Shown: positions 44,541-55,544 of the stretch, piece by piece
Numbering within the stretch: position 1 is the stretch's first letter
Layout of the letters: each line of letters opens with the position of its first letter
Source of the DNA: an uncultured Thermoleophilia bacterium
GTDB lineage: Bacteria; Actinomycetota; Thermoleophilia; Gaiellales; Gaiellaceae
Assembly: GCA_963840365.1 (NCBI GenBank)
Contig: CAWIYQ010000002.1
Coordinates: 78,777 to 142,776, forward strand
DNA length: 64,000 bases
Reading direction: 5' to 3'
Notes under the pieces: generated by a model
Told to the model about the DNA's origin: nothing
The model's input: the letters and a program-made list of their open reading frames with translations, nothing else
Database searches by the model: none
Position numbers and translations under genes: made by a program

Positions 44541-45275
44541 ATGGCGCTCCTCTCGATCCGGAACGTCACGCGGCGCTTCGGCGGCATCGTCGCGATCGAC
44601 GACGTGTCGCTCGAGGTCGAGCAGGGGCGCATCGTGGGCCTGATCGGCCCGAACGGCGCCGGGAAGACGACGCTCTTCAACGTCGTCACGCGCCTGTACC
44701 GGCCCGACTCGGGCGAGCTCGAGCTCGAAGGGCGGAGCCTGCTGCGCACGCCGCCGCACCGGATCGTCCGCCGCGGCATCGCGCGGACATTCCAGAACGT
44801 CGAGCTCTTCCGCACGATGACCGTGCTCGACAACGTGCTGGTCGGAGCGCACACGCGCACGCGCCCGTTCGCAAGCAGCGCGGCGAACCAGCGCGCGCTC
44901 GAGGTGATCGACTACGTCGGCATCGCGTCGGTCGCGCACCGGCCGGTGGCGGGGTTGCCGTTCGGGACGCTGAAGCGCGTCGAGCTCGCCCGGGCGCTCG
45001 TCGCGCGGCCGCGTCTCTTGCTGCTCGACGAGCCGGCCGGCGGGCTGAACCACGAGGAGGTCTCCGCGCTCGGCGACTTCATCCGCCGCCTGCGAGTCGA
45101 CTTCGACCTGACGGTGCTGCTGGTGGAGCACCACATGGGCCTCGTCATGGGGCTCGCCGAGCACATCCACGTGCTCGACTTCGGGCGCATGATCGCCGAG
45201 GGGACGCCGGAGGAGATCCAGCGCGACCCGGCGGTGATCGAGGCGTACCTGGGTGCCGAGTCGACCGCGGCGTGA
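44541..45275 (+). CDS. livG: Branched-chain amino acid-type ABC transporter ATP-binding protein (LivG-like)
   Basis: Walker A GPNGAGKTT, Q-loop, LPFGTLKRVELARAL, Walker B LLLLDEPAGG, H-loop VEHHM. Confidence 0.9.
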   Translation: MALLSIRNVTRRFGGIVAIDDVSLEVEQGRIVGLIGPNGAGKTTLFNVVTRLYRPDSGELELEGRSLLRTPPHRIVRRGIARTFQNVELFRTMTVLDNVLVGAHTRTRPFASSAANQRALEVIDYVGIASVAHRPVAGLPFGTLKRVELARALVARPRLLLLDEPAGGLNHEEVSALGDFIRRLRVDFDLTVLLVEHHMGLVMGLAEHIHVLDFGRMIAEGTPEEIQRDPAVIEAYLGAESTAA

Positions 45276-45886
45276 CGCTCCTCGAGCTGCGCGATCTCCA
45301 CGCGCGCTACGGCGAGGAGCCGGCGCTGCACGCGGTCTCGCTGACGGTCGACGAAGGGGAGCTGGTGGTGCTCCGCGGCAACGCGGGCTCCGGCAAGACG
45401 ACGCTGCTCCGCGCGATCTCCGGCACGGTGCGCACCCACGGCACAGTGCTCCTCGACGGCGAGCGCGTCGTTCCGCACACGCCGGAGCACCTGGCGCGCG
45501 AGGGGGTTGCGCACGTCACGGCCGACCGCGGGACGTTTGCGCCGCTGTCGGTGCTCGACAACCTTCGTGTCGGCGGCTGGGTGCGCGGCGGCACGTCGGC
45601 GCGCGATCTTGCGAGGGTGTTCGAGCTCTACCCGGAGCTGTACGAGCACCGCGGCGTGCGCGCCGGGTCGCTCGCCGGCGACGAGCAGGAGCTCCTCGCC
45701 CTCGGCCGAGCGGTGATGGCGCATCCGCGGCTCGTGCTCGTCGACGACCCGTCTGAGGGGATGCACGAGCGGCTGCGCGAGCTGAACGAGCGTGGGACGG
45801 CGATCCTCGTCGCGACGCGCGGCGAGGCGCCCGCAGGGGGCCGCTGCTACGTGATCGAGGCAGGCATCGCCCGTCTCGTAGCGTGA
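45272..45886 (+). CDS. livF: LivF-like ABC ATPase with degenerate motifs (204 aa)
   Basis: Walker A GNAGSGKTT. Signature LAGDEQE (consensus LSGGEQQ). Walker B VLVDDPSEG (catalytic Glu replaced by Asp). The region after Walker B is shortened and there is no clear H-loop. GTGA overlap with livG. Confidence 0.7.
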   Translation: MTLLELRDLHARYGEEPALHAVSLTVDEGELVVLRGNAGSGKTTLLRAISGTVRTHGTVLLDGERVVPHTPEHLAREGVAHVTADRGTFAPLSVLDNLRVGGWVRGGTSARDLARVFELYPELYEHRGVRAGSLAGDEQELLALGRAVMAHPRLVLVDDPSEGMHERLRELNERGTAILVATRGEAPAGGRCYVIEAGIARLVA

Positions 45887-45951
45887 GCGTAGGCTTGACG
45901 GAGCTCAGCAGGAGCGGAGGTACCGGCTTCGCCGGTGCCGTAGCGGGATTC

Positions 45952-45976
45952 ATTGGGCAGCCGAAGGCTGCCCAAT
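45952..45976 (+). promoter_or_regulatory. Perfect 11-bp stem / GAA loop hairpin whose 3' arm contains the A and T of the livH start codon
   Basis: attgggcagcc-gaa-ggctgcccaat, ATG at 45975-45977. No Shine-Dalgarno is visible. A second imperfect hairpin ggtaccggcttcgccggtgcc lies at 45919-45939. Confidence 0.4.
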
Positions 45977-46820
45977 GAGCGGGCTCGGCGCGCAGATCGC
46001 CGACGGGCTCGCGGCGGGAGTCGTCTACGGGCTGCTCGCGCTCGGGATCGTGCTCGTCCACCGGGCATCGGGCGTCGTCAACGTCGCGCAGGGCGCGTTC
46101 GCGACCCTCTCGGCCTTCGTCTGCTCGAGCCTCGTGCTGCACGGCTGGGCGTTCTGGCCCGCCGTCGGCGCGACCGTCGTCCTCTCGTTCGCCGGCGGAG
46201 CGGCCGTGCACGCGGTGCTCGTCCGCCCGCTGCAGGACGGGCCGCTTCTGAGGGCGACCCTGCTCACGGCCGGCCTGCTGCTCACCGTCGACGGCCTCGA
46301 CGCGTGGATCTGGGGCACGTCGTCGCGGCCGTTCCCCCAGCCGTTCGCCGCGGGGTCGGTCTCGATCGTCGGGGTCGCGGTTGGACGGCGCGAAGTCGGT
46401 GCCGCCCTGGTCGGCCTCGGCGCCGCCCTGCTCCTCGGCGTCGTGCTGCGCAGCCGGATCGGGCTCGGGCTGCGGGCGGCAGCGGCCAACCCGGTCGCGG
46501 CGCGCTATTCAGGCATCCACGTCGTCCGGTTCACGATGACGGCGTGGGGCATTGCGGGCGCGCTCGGCGCCGTTGCGGGCACGATCGCGGCGCCGCTTTT
46601 CGGGCTGCGGCCGTCGATGCTTCATCTCGGCCTCCTGTACGCGCTCGCGGCCGCGGTCGTCGCAGGGCTCGACGCGACCACCCTCGCCGTCCCCGCCGGG
46701 CTCGGGCTCGGCGTCGCCCTCGAGCTCGTCGGCCGCCACGTCCACTGGCTCCACGGCGGCATCCGCCCCCTGACGGGGCTCGCCGTGCTCGCCACGGCGC
46801 TCCTTGCGAGGCGCGCATGA
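45975..46820 (+). CDS. livH: Branched-chain amino acid-type ABC permease (LivH-like)
   Basis: MSGLGAQIADGLAAGVVYGLLALGIVLV..., NVAQGAF. 8 hydrophobic segments. Confidence 0.85.
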   Translation: MSGLGAQIADGLAAGVVYGLLALGIVLVHRASGVVNVAQGAFATLSAFVCSSLVLHGWAFWPAVGATVVLSFAGGAAVHAVLVRPLQDGPLLRATLLTAGLLLTVDGLDAWIWGTSSRPFPQPFAAGSVSIVGVAVGRREVGAALVGLGAALLLGVVLRSRIGLGLRAAAANPVAARYSGIHVVRFTMTAWGIAGALGAVAGTIAAPLFGLRPSMLHLGLLYALAAAVVAGLDATTLAVPAGLGLGVALELVGRHVHWLHGGIRPLTGLAVLATALLARRA

Positions 46821-47647
46821 AGCTCCGTCGCGTGGCCGGAGCGGCGGTCGTGCTCCTGCTCGCCGCCCTGCCGCTCGTGCTCTCCCGCGCGCACACGGCT
46901 CGCCTCGCCGAGACGGCGGCGTACGTGATCGTTCTCGTGGGGCTCGACCTGCTCGTCGTCGGAGCGGGCCGCGTCTCGCTCGGCCAGGGTGCCTTCATGG
47001 CGGCCGGGGGCTACACCGTCGCGCTGCTCGCGGCGCGGGAAGGAGTGCCGGCGCTCGCGACGCTGCCGGCTGCAGCAGCCGCAGGTGCGGGGGTGGGCGT
47101 GCTCGCGGCGCTCCCGGTCGTGCGGCGGCCCGGCCGGTATCTCGCGCTGCCGACGCTGGGCCTCGCGCTCGCCCTGCCGCCGGTCCTCGCCGGTTACGCG
47201 CCCGTCGTCGTGCCGCACACGCCGGGCGTGGCGGCGGTCTACGCCGTCGCCTGGGTGCTGGCCGCGTGCGTGCTTGCCGCCGCGCCTGCGGCCCGCGGGC
47301 GGCTGCCGGTCCTCGCCGTCGACGCCTGCTCCGCCGCGTGCGCGGGCGCGGGCGGCGGCCTCGTCGTGCTGCTGCTCGGGCGGGCGGCGCCGGCAACGTT
47401 CCCGCTGCATCTCTCGCTGCTTCTCGTCGCCGCGGGAGCACTCGGGCTGTATGCGCCGCTTCGGCCGGCCGCGGTGCTCGGCGCGTTCGCCGTCGAGTAC
47501 GTGCCCGACCTGGTCGGGATCGAGCGGACGGGCCGGGCGCCCGCGACCACCGCTTTCGGCGTCGCGCTCGTCCTGCTGATGCTGCTCTCACCGCTTGCGC
47601 TCGCGGCTGCGCGCCGCCGCCGCCGTAGAGAACCCGAACCGGAATGA
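46817..47647 (+). CDS. livM: Branched-chain amino acid-type ABC permease (LivM-like, divergent)
   Basis: GRVSLGQGAFMAAGGY is the LivM hallmark. Very Ala/Leu-rich. ATGA overlap with livH. Confidence 0.7.
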   Translation: MKLRRVAGAAVVLLLAALPLVLSRAHTARLAETAAYVIVLVGLDLLVVGAGRVSLGQGAFMAAGGYTVALLAAREGVPALATLPAAAAAGAGVGVLAALPVVRRPGRYLALPTLGLALALPPVLAGYAPVVVPHTPGVAAVYAVAWVLAACVLAAAPAARGRLPVLAVDACSAACAGAGGGLVVLLLGRAAPATFPLHLSLLLVAAGALGLYAPLRPAAVLGAFAVEYVPDLVGIERTGRAPATTAFGVALVLLMLLSPLALAAARRRRRREPEPE

Positions 47648-47693
47648 AGTCTGCGCCGCCTGGTCGCGACGAGCGTCATTCCGGCTCGGGTTC
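47630..47693 (+). terminator. Long inverted repeat (18-nt arms, 1 mismatch, 28-nt loop) overlapping the livM stop codon
   Basis: gaacccgaaccggaatga ... tcattccggctcgggttc followed by ttg. Confidence 0.35.
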
Positions 47694-47733
47694 TTGAAGG
47701 AAGCTGCACGGCGAGCGCGAATGGTCCGGGTCC

Positions 47734-48819
47734 GTGCGCCGTCTCGCGCTCATTGCCGTCGCGGCCGCGCTCGTGCTGCCCGCGGCTGCCCATGGGGCCG
47801 TCAACCCGCAGATCGCCGGGTTGCAGGTCGCCCTGCGCGCGCACGGGCTCTACCTGGCGCAGATCGACGGCGTCTCCGGCCCCCGGACGGCGGCGGCGAT
47901 CCATCGCTTCCAGCGCGAGCACGGGCTGCCGGTCGGCTACGCGAACACCCGCACGCGGATCGCCCTCGGCCCGCTCGGCCGCCCGCTCTTCGGCTCGCGC
48001 GTCCTGCGGCGCGGCGATTTCGGGCTCGACGTCTCGGTGCTGCAGTTCCTGCTCACGCGCCGCGGCTTCTACTCGGGGGCGCTCGACGGCTACCTCGGCG
48101 TCGAGACGGCCCGAGCGCTCGAGCGCTATCAAAAGGCGCTCGACCTGCACGCGGACGCCGTGCTCGGCCCGCGCACGCTGGCGGTGATCGTGCGGCGTGA
48201 CGAGGTCCCCGTCAGTCCCCACTCGACCGCGTCGCCGCCGACCCGGACGGTCGTCTCGCTGCAGGTGCACATCGTCAAGGAGGGCGACACGCTGAGCGCG
48301 ATCGCGGCCTCCGTGCACACGACGATCGCGCGGATCGCCTCGCTGAACCACATCGACCCCGCGCGGCCGATCGTGATCGGCCAGCGACTCCGCGTTCCCA
48401 CGGTCTCGGTCGCGGCGTCGCTCGCCGCCTCGCGGGCGGACGTGCGCGCGCTGCTCGACTCGTGGTCGGGGCGGCTCGGCGTCGACCCGCATCTCGTGCG
48501 CGCGCTCGCGTGGATGGAGTCGGGCTACCAGACCCGGATCGTCTCGAACGCCGGTGCGCGCGGCGTGCTGCAGACACTGCCGACCACCCGCTCCTACGTC
48601 GAGACGGTGCTCGTCGGCCATCCGGTCGGCCGGACGGTGAGCGGCGACATCGAGGTCGGCGTGCTCTACCTGCGGCATCTGCTGCAGGTGTTCGACGGGA
48701 ACGAGCGGCTCGCGCTCGCCGGCTGGTACCAGGGCGAGCGGGCCGTTCGCGCGCGCGGCCTCTACCAGGAGACGAAGCCGTTCGTGACCGACGTGCTGGC
48801 CCTGCGCGCCCGCATGTGA
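47734..48819 (+). CDS. Secreted peptidoglycan hydrolase: 2 x PG-binding domain, LysM, lytic transglycosylase (SLT) domain
   Basis: Signal VRRLALIAVAAALVLPAAAHG. Two G.YLAQIDGV.GPRTAAAI..FQ-type PG_binding_1 repeats. LysM (HIVKEGDTLSAIA...LNHI). SLT catalytic region ALAWMESGY...GARGVLQ. Confidence 0.85.
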   Translation: MRRLALIAVAAALVLPAAAHGAVNPQIAGLQVALRAHGLYLAQIDGVSGPRTAAAIHRFQREHGLPVGYANTRTRIALGPLGRPLFGSRVLRRGDFGLDVSVLQFLLTRRGFYSGALDGYLGVETARALERYQKALDLHADAVLGPRTLAVIVRRDEVPVSPHSTASPPTRTVVSLQVHIVKEGDTLSAIAASVHTTIARIASLNHIDPARPIVIGQRLRVPTVSVAASLAASRADVRALLDSWSGRLGVDPHLVRALAWMESGYQTRIVSNAGARGVLQTLPTTRSYVETVLVGHPVGRTVSGDIEVGVLYLRHLLQVFDGNERLALAGWYQGERAVRARGLYQETKPFVTDVLALRARM

Positions 48820-48823
48820 CGCA

Positions 48824-50092
48824 CTAGCTTTCGAGCGCGAGCAGGTCGTCGACGGTCTCGCGCCGGCGGATCAGGCGCGCCTCGCCCCCCGAGACGAGGA
48901 CGGCCGCCGGGCGCGGCACCGCGTTGTAGCTCGACGACATCGCCAGCGTGTAGGCGCCGGTCACCGGCACCGCGAGCACGTCCCCGCGCTGCGGCTCCGG
49001 CAGCTCGACCCGCTCGATCAGCACGTCGCCCGACTCGCAGTGCTTGCCTGCGACCGCATAGGCGCCCGCCGCGGCCTCGTCCGCCCTCGTCGCGAGCAGG
49101 GCCGTGTAGCGCGCGTTGTACAGCGCCGGCCGCGGGTTGTCGGACATACCGCCGTCGACGGTCACGTACGTGGTCGCCGCGCTCGCCCGCTTGACGCCCC
49201 CGACGGTGTAGAGCGTCACGCCCGCGCGCGAGACGAGCGACCGGCCGGGCTCGAGCACGATCTGCGGCGCCGGTAGGCCGTGGAGGTCCCAGGCGCGCCG
49301 TAGCTCGGCGGTGAGCCCGCCGACGAACTCGCCGATCCCGAACGACGGCTCCTCGAGGACGTGACGCACGCCGAGGCCGCCGCCCAGGTCGACCGTGCGC
49401 GGCGCCCAGCCGAGCTCGGCGTGGAGGCGCGCCGCGAACTGCGCCACCCAGTCGGCGGTCATCAGCGAGGCGCCGAAGTGCTGGAGCTGCGAGCCGACGT
49501 GCACGTGCAGGCCCTCGGCCTCCGGCGCCCGCCGGACGGCCTCGACGGCGTCCTCGGGCAGAAGCCCGAACTTCGAGCCGTGGTGGGCCGTCTTCACCGC
49601 CTCGTGCGTGTCCGCCTCGATCCCGGGCGTCACGCGGATCAGGAACCGCGAGCCGCCCGCGGCCCGAACGCGGTCGAGCTCGTCGAGCGAGTCGAGGACG
49701 ATCAGCGCGCCGGCCGCGACCGCGCGCTCGATCAGCGCATCCTCCTTGTTGTTGCCGTGGACGACCAGCCGCTCGCCGCCGATCCCGGCGCGCTCGGCGA
49801 AGGCGAGCTCGCCGAGCGTGGAGACGTCCGCACCGAGGCCCTCCTCGGCGAGCAGGCGCAACACGGCGACCGAGGGGAACGCCTTCGTCCCGAAGACGAC
49901 GAACGCTCCGGGCGCGGCGTCGCGGTACGCGCGAGCCTGCGCCCGGATCGTCTCCTCGTCGTAGACGAGAAGCGGCGTGCCGAAGGAGCGCACGAGCTCC
50001 GTCGCGCCGAGGCCGCCGAGCTGCAGCTCGCCGTTCTCGACGCGCGCCCCGTCGGGCAGCAGGTCGGCCAGAGGATGGGTCACGTCGGGCAT
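48824..50092 (-). CDS. lysA: Diaminopimelate decarboxylase
   Basis: 422 aa. FGTPLLVYDE, FGTKAF (PLP Lys), HVHVGSQ, DLGGGLG, EPGRSLV, CESGD, GAYTLAMSSSYN. Confidence 0.95.
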   Translation of the reverse strand: MPDVTHPLADLLPDGARVENGELQLGGLGATELVRSFGTPLLVYDEETIRAQARAYRDAAPGAFVVFGTKAFPSVAVLRLLAEEGLGADVSTLGELAFAERAGIGGERLVVHGNNKEDALIERAVAAGALIVLDSLDELDRVRAAGGSRFLIRVTPGIEADTHEAVKTAHHGSKFGLLPEDAVEAVRRAPEAEGLHVHVGSQLQHFGASLMTADWVAQFAARLHAELGWAPRTVDLGGGLGVRHVLEEPSFGIGEFVGGLTAELRRAWDLHGLPAPQIVLEPGRSLVSRAGVTLYTVGGVKRASAATTYVTVDGGMSDNPRPALYNARYTALLATRADEAAAGAYAVAGKHCESGDVLIERVELPEPQRGDVLAVPVTGAYTLAMSSSYNAVPRPAAVLVSGGEARLIRRRETVDDLLALES

Positions 50093-50105
50093 TGTGCGCG
50101 ACGAC

Positions 50106-52118
50106 ATGCTGCAGTTGCTGGCCGACCTCGTGCTGCGCCGCCCCCGCGCGTTGCTCGCGGCGGCCTGTGTGGTCGGTGTGGTGGCGGCCGTCTTCGGCGT
50201 CTCGACGCCCGCGCACCTGCGGTCGAGCGACACGGACTTCCAGAACAAGAGCTCCGAGAGCTTCCGCACGCTGCAGCTGCTCGAGCGCTCACTCGGCGCC
50301 GAGCCCGGTCCGTCGATCCTCGTCGTCGGCACGCCCGCCCAGGCGGCCGAGGCGGCGGCAGCTCTGCGCCGGGAGCCGTCGATCGCGCGCGTGGTGCCGC
50401 AGGCGGCCGTGTCGGCCGACGGCCGCTACGTCCTCGTCACGGCGTCGTTCGCCGCCGACGCTGCGGACACGTCGGCGACCGCGAAGCGCCTGGCGAAGAC
50501 GCTCCCCGGCGCGGTCGGGGGCACGGCCGTCGCGAACCAGGAGGTGACGACCGAATCAGAGCGCGACCTCGTGCGCTCGGAGCTGATCGCCTTCCCGCTG
50601 CTCCTGCTGCTCGCCCTGTGGGTCTTCCGCGGGCTGGTCGCTGCCCTGCTCCCGCTCGTCGCAGGCCTGCTCTCGATCGCGGGCACGCTCGCCCTTCTTC
50701 GGGTCGCGAACGCCGTCACGCCGATCTCGGTCTTCGCGCTCAACCTCGTCACGGGGGCAGGGCTCGGGCTCGCGATCGACTACAGCCTGCTGCTCGTCTC
50801 GCGTTTCCGTGAGGAGCTCACGCGCGGCGACGACGTGCCCGGAGCCGTCCGGACGACGGTCGCGACCGCCGGCCGGACGGTCGCCTTCAGCGCCGTCACG
50901 GTGGCGGCCGCGTTCGGCTCGCTGCTCGCCTTCCCGCTCGGCTTCCTGCACTCGATGGCGATCGGCGGCCTGATCGTCGCGCCGCTCGGAGGCCTCGTCG
51001 CGCTGCTCGTCGTGCCGGCTCTCTTCGCGGTGCTCGGCCGCCGGATCGACGCGCTCTCGCCCGCGGTCCTCCGCCGCTTCGCCGAGCGCGCCGCCCGCCC
51101 GGAGCACAAGGGCGGCTGGTACCGCTTCGCTCACTGGGTGATGCGCCGTGCCGGGCCGGTCGCGCTTGCCTCGGCCGCGCTCCTGATCCTCCTCGGGCTG
51201 CCCGCGCTCGGCATCCGCTTCACCGGCATCGACGCGCGGGTGCTGCCGTCGTCGGCGAGCGCCCGCCGGGCGACGGAGGCCCTACGGGCGCACTTCCCCG
51301 CGGGGACCGACTCGCCGATCGAGGTCGTCGTCAGCGGCGGCGGTGCCGACTCGGTCGTCCGGCGGATCCGGGCATTGCCCGGGGTGGAGGCGGTGTCGGC
51401 GCCGCGGACGCTCGCACCCGGCCTCGTCACGGCACAGGTGGTGCCGAAGGCCGACGCGATGGCGTCGAGCACGAAGGCACTCGTCCGCTCGATCCGCCGC
51501 CTTCCCGGGACGTCGGTGAGCGGACGGACAGCGTGGTTCATCGACACCTCCCAGACGCTGCTCCGGCGACTGCCCGTCGCGCTCGGGATTCTGGTCGCCT
51601 CGGTGCTCGTGCTGCTCTTCCTCGTCACCCGGTCGTTCGTGTTGCCGGTGAAGGCGGTGGTGATGAACGCGCTCGGCCTGTTCGCGGCGTTCGGGATCCT
51701 CGTCTACGTGTTTCAGGACGGGCGCCTCGAGGGGCTCTTCCGCTACGTGAGCGAGGGAGCGCTCGAGCTGACCCAGCCCGTCCTCCTTGCGGCGGTCGCG
51801 TTCGGGCTCGCGACCGACTACGGCGTCTTCCTGCTCTCCCGCATTCGCGAAGCGCACGACGCCGGGCTCCCGAATCGCGAGGCGGTCGCGCTCGGGCTCG
51901 AGCGCACCGGTCGCGTGATCACGGCGGCGGCGCTGCTCTTCTGCGTCGCGGTCGGCTCGTTCGCCACGTCGAGCGTGCTGATCGTGAAGGAGGTCGGCGT
52001 CGGGATCGCCCTGGCCGTCCTGATCGACGCGACCCTCGTGCGGGCGCTCCTCGTACCAAGCCTCATGGCGCTCCTCGGCGACTGGAACTGGTGGGCACCC
52101 CGCCGGTTCCGCCGCTAA
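50106..52118 (+). CDS. MMPL-family (RND superfamily) membrane transporter
   Basis: Two 6-TM bundles with GLGLAIDYSLLLVSRFREE and GLATDYGVFLLSRIREA motifs. The start is ATG 50106 or GTG 50094. Confidence 0.9.
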   Translation: MLQLLADLVLRRPRALLAAACVVGVVAAVFGVSTPAHLRSSDTDFQNKSSESFRTLQLLERSLGAEPGPSILVVGTPAQAAEAAAALRREPSIARVVPQAAVSADGRYVLVTASFAADAADTSATAKRLAKTLPGAVGGTAVANQEVTTESERDLVRSELIAFPLLLLLALWVFRGLVAALLPLVAGLLSIAGTLALLRVANAVTPISVFALNLVTGAGLGLAIDYSLLLVSRFREELTRGDDVPGAVRTTVATAGRTVAFSAVTVAAAFGSLLAFPLGFLHSMAIGGLIVAPLGGLVALLVVPALFAVLGRRIDALSPAVLRRFAERAARPEHKGGWYRFAHWVMRRAGPVALASAALLILLGLPALGIRFTGIDARVLPSSASARRATEALRAHFPAGTDSPIEVVVSGGGADSVVRRIRALPGVEAVSAPRTLAPGLVTAQVVPKADAMASSTKALVRSIRRLPGTSVSGRTAWFIDTSQTLLRRLPVALGILVASVLVLLFLVTRSFVLPVKAVVMNALGLFAAFGILVYVFQDGRLEGLFRYVSEGALELTQPVLLAAVAFGLATDYGVFLLSRIREAHDAGLPNREAVALGLERTGRVITAAALLFCVAVGSFATSSVLIVKEVGVGIALAVLIDATLVRALLVPSLMALLGDWNWWAPRRFRR

Positions 52119-52192
52119 GATTTAGGGGGATGGAGCGCATCCTTACGTAGGGCAGGAGGCAAACGCGGGTCAGGCCCGCGTCGGCTTCCCAC

Positions 52193-52216
52193 GGCCTCTC
52201 GTTCGAGAGGCTTTTT
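52193..52216 (+). terminator. Intrinsic-terminator-like hairpin plus T5, 24 nt upstream of the leuS start
   Basis: g-gcctctc-gttc-gagaggc-ttttt. Lies 75 nt after the MMPL stop. The leuS RBS GGAGGAG is at 52224-52230. Confidence 0.55.
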
Positions 52217-52239
52217 CGTCTCTGGAGGAGATATCGCAG

Positions 52240-54612
<2,373 letters not shown>

Positions 54613-54629
54613 GCCGGCGTCGCGCGAGT

Positions 54630-55079
54630 CTAGAGGCGGGCGCGGAGGCGCTCGACGAACGCCGCGATCTCGTGCGCGTCCCCGTGCGGCGCATCCGGGA
54701 GACCGTCGACCTCCATCCAGCTGATTCCCGGCGGCACGCCCGGGTAGCGCGGGTACAGGTGCTGGTGGAAGTGCGGGACGCCCAAGCCGATCACGGCGAC
54801 GTGAACGCGTTCGATCCCCTCGGCACGGAGTGCCGCGGCGATCGCGTGCGACGCCCGGGCGACCGACGCAACCTCGCGCTCGGTCAGGTCGCCGAGGTGG
54901 TCGACGTGGCGTCGTGTTGCGACCAGGCAATGGCCGAGATAGGGGGTGGGGTTCTCGGCAATGGGTGGCAGGTGAAATGCGAGAGCGTCGTCGTCGTTCC
55001 AGAGGAGACCGCCCGGAAGCTCGACCTCTCCGCTCACCTCCAGGCAGACGAGGCACTCGACGGGAGCGCGGCCTGTCAC
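54630..55079 (-). CDS. HIT-family (histidine triad) protein
   Basis: VPHFHQHLYP histidine triad, CLVC zinc-like motif. GTG start overlaps the upstream stop (GTGA). Confidence 0.85.
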   Translation of the reverse strand: MTGRAPVECLVCLEVSGEVELPGGLLWNDDDALAFHLPPIAENPTPYLGHCLVATRRHVDHLGDLTEREVASVARASHAIAAALRAEGIERVHVAVIGLGVPHFHQHLYPRYPGVPPGISWMEVDGLPDAPHGDAHEIAAFVERLRARL

Positions 55080-55519
55080 CGCGGGGCGACCGTGGTGCCG
55101 CCCCAGTCCTCGGGCGCGACGTCCTGCACGGTCTGGGTCAGCTCCCAGCGGTGGCCGCCGATGTCCTCGAGCACGGCCGACCGCTCCCCGTACTCCCAGG
55201 TCGTCAGCTCCTCGACGACGCGGGCGCCGCGATCTCGCGCTCGCTCGAACGCGGCGTCGACGTCCTCGACCCGCACCTTGATCAGGTGCGTCTCGCCGTC
55301 GCCGCGTGGTGCGGCCCGGTCGCCGCCGACGTCGGCGACGACGACGGCGCCGTCCGAGCCAACCCGCAGCTGGGCGCGATGGGCCTCGCCGATGCGCACG
55401 CGCTCTTCGAAGCCGAACGCCGCCTCGAGCCACGCGACGGCGGCGCGCACATCGGGGTAGACGAGGACCGGCGTCACGGTCGCCGGCGGCGCGGAGCGAT
55501 TCGTCTGCATGCCGGGCAC
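55076..55519 (-). CDS. VOC/glyoxalase-bleomycin resistance family protein
   Basis: VLVYPDVRAAVAWLEAAFGFEE...VEDVDAAFERARDRGARVVEE...DIGGHRWEL. The start may be the ATG at 55510. Confidence 0.8.
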   Translation of the reverse strand: MPGMQTNRSAPPATVTPVLVYPDVRAAVAWLEAAFGFEERVRIGEAHRAQLRVGSDGAVVVADVGGDRAAPRGDGETHLIKVRVEDVDAAFERARDRGARVVEELTTWEYGERSAVLEDIGGHRWELTQTVQDVAPEDWGGTTVAPR

Positions 55520-55544
55520 CCTACGCCGCGGTCGCTTGTGGATG

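Noticed and set aside
47648-47733. c-di-AMP (ydaO-type) riboswitch upstream of the peptidoglycan hydrolase, as often found before actinobacterial cell-wall hydrolase genes. The same idea was considered for 1440-1712.
   Set aside because: The 86-nt spacer is too short, and neither region shows the conserved ydaO segments I remember (GGGGACCCA, GGGGUGAAUC, CCGAACCCG..AGCU.ACCUCGUA). A covariance-model scan would be needed to be sure.
52119-52239. T-box riboswitch upstream of leuS (the stretch tttagggggatggagcgc superficially recalls the AGGGUGGNACCGCG T-box sequence).
   Set aside because: The match is poor base by base. The element is 60 nt upstream of the terminator rather than forming an antiterminator with it. 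The leader is only ~120 nt with no recognisable Stem I or specifier loop. It is kept only as a generic leader/attenuator candidate.
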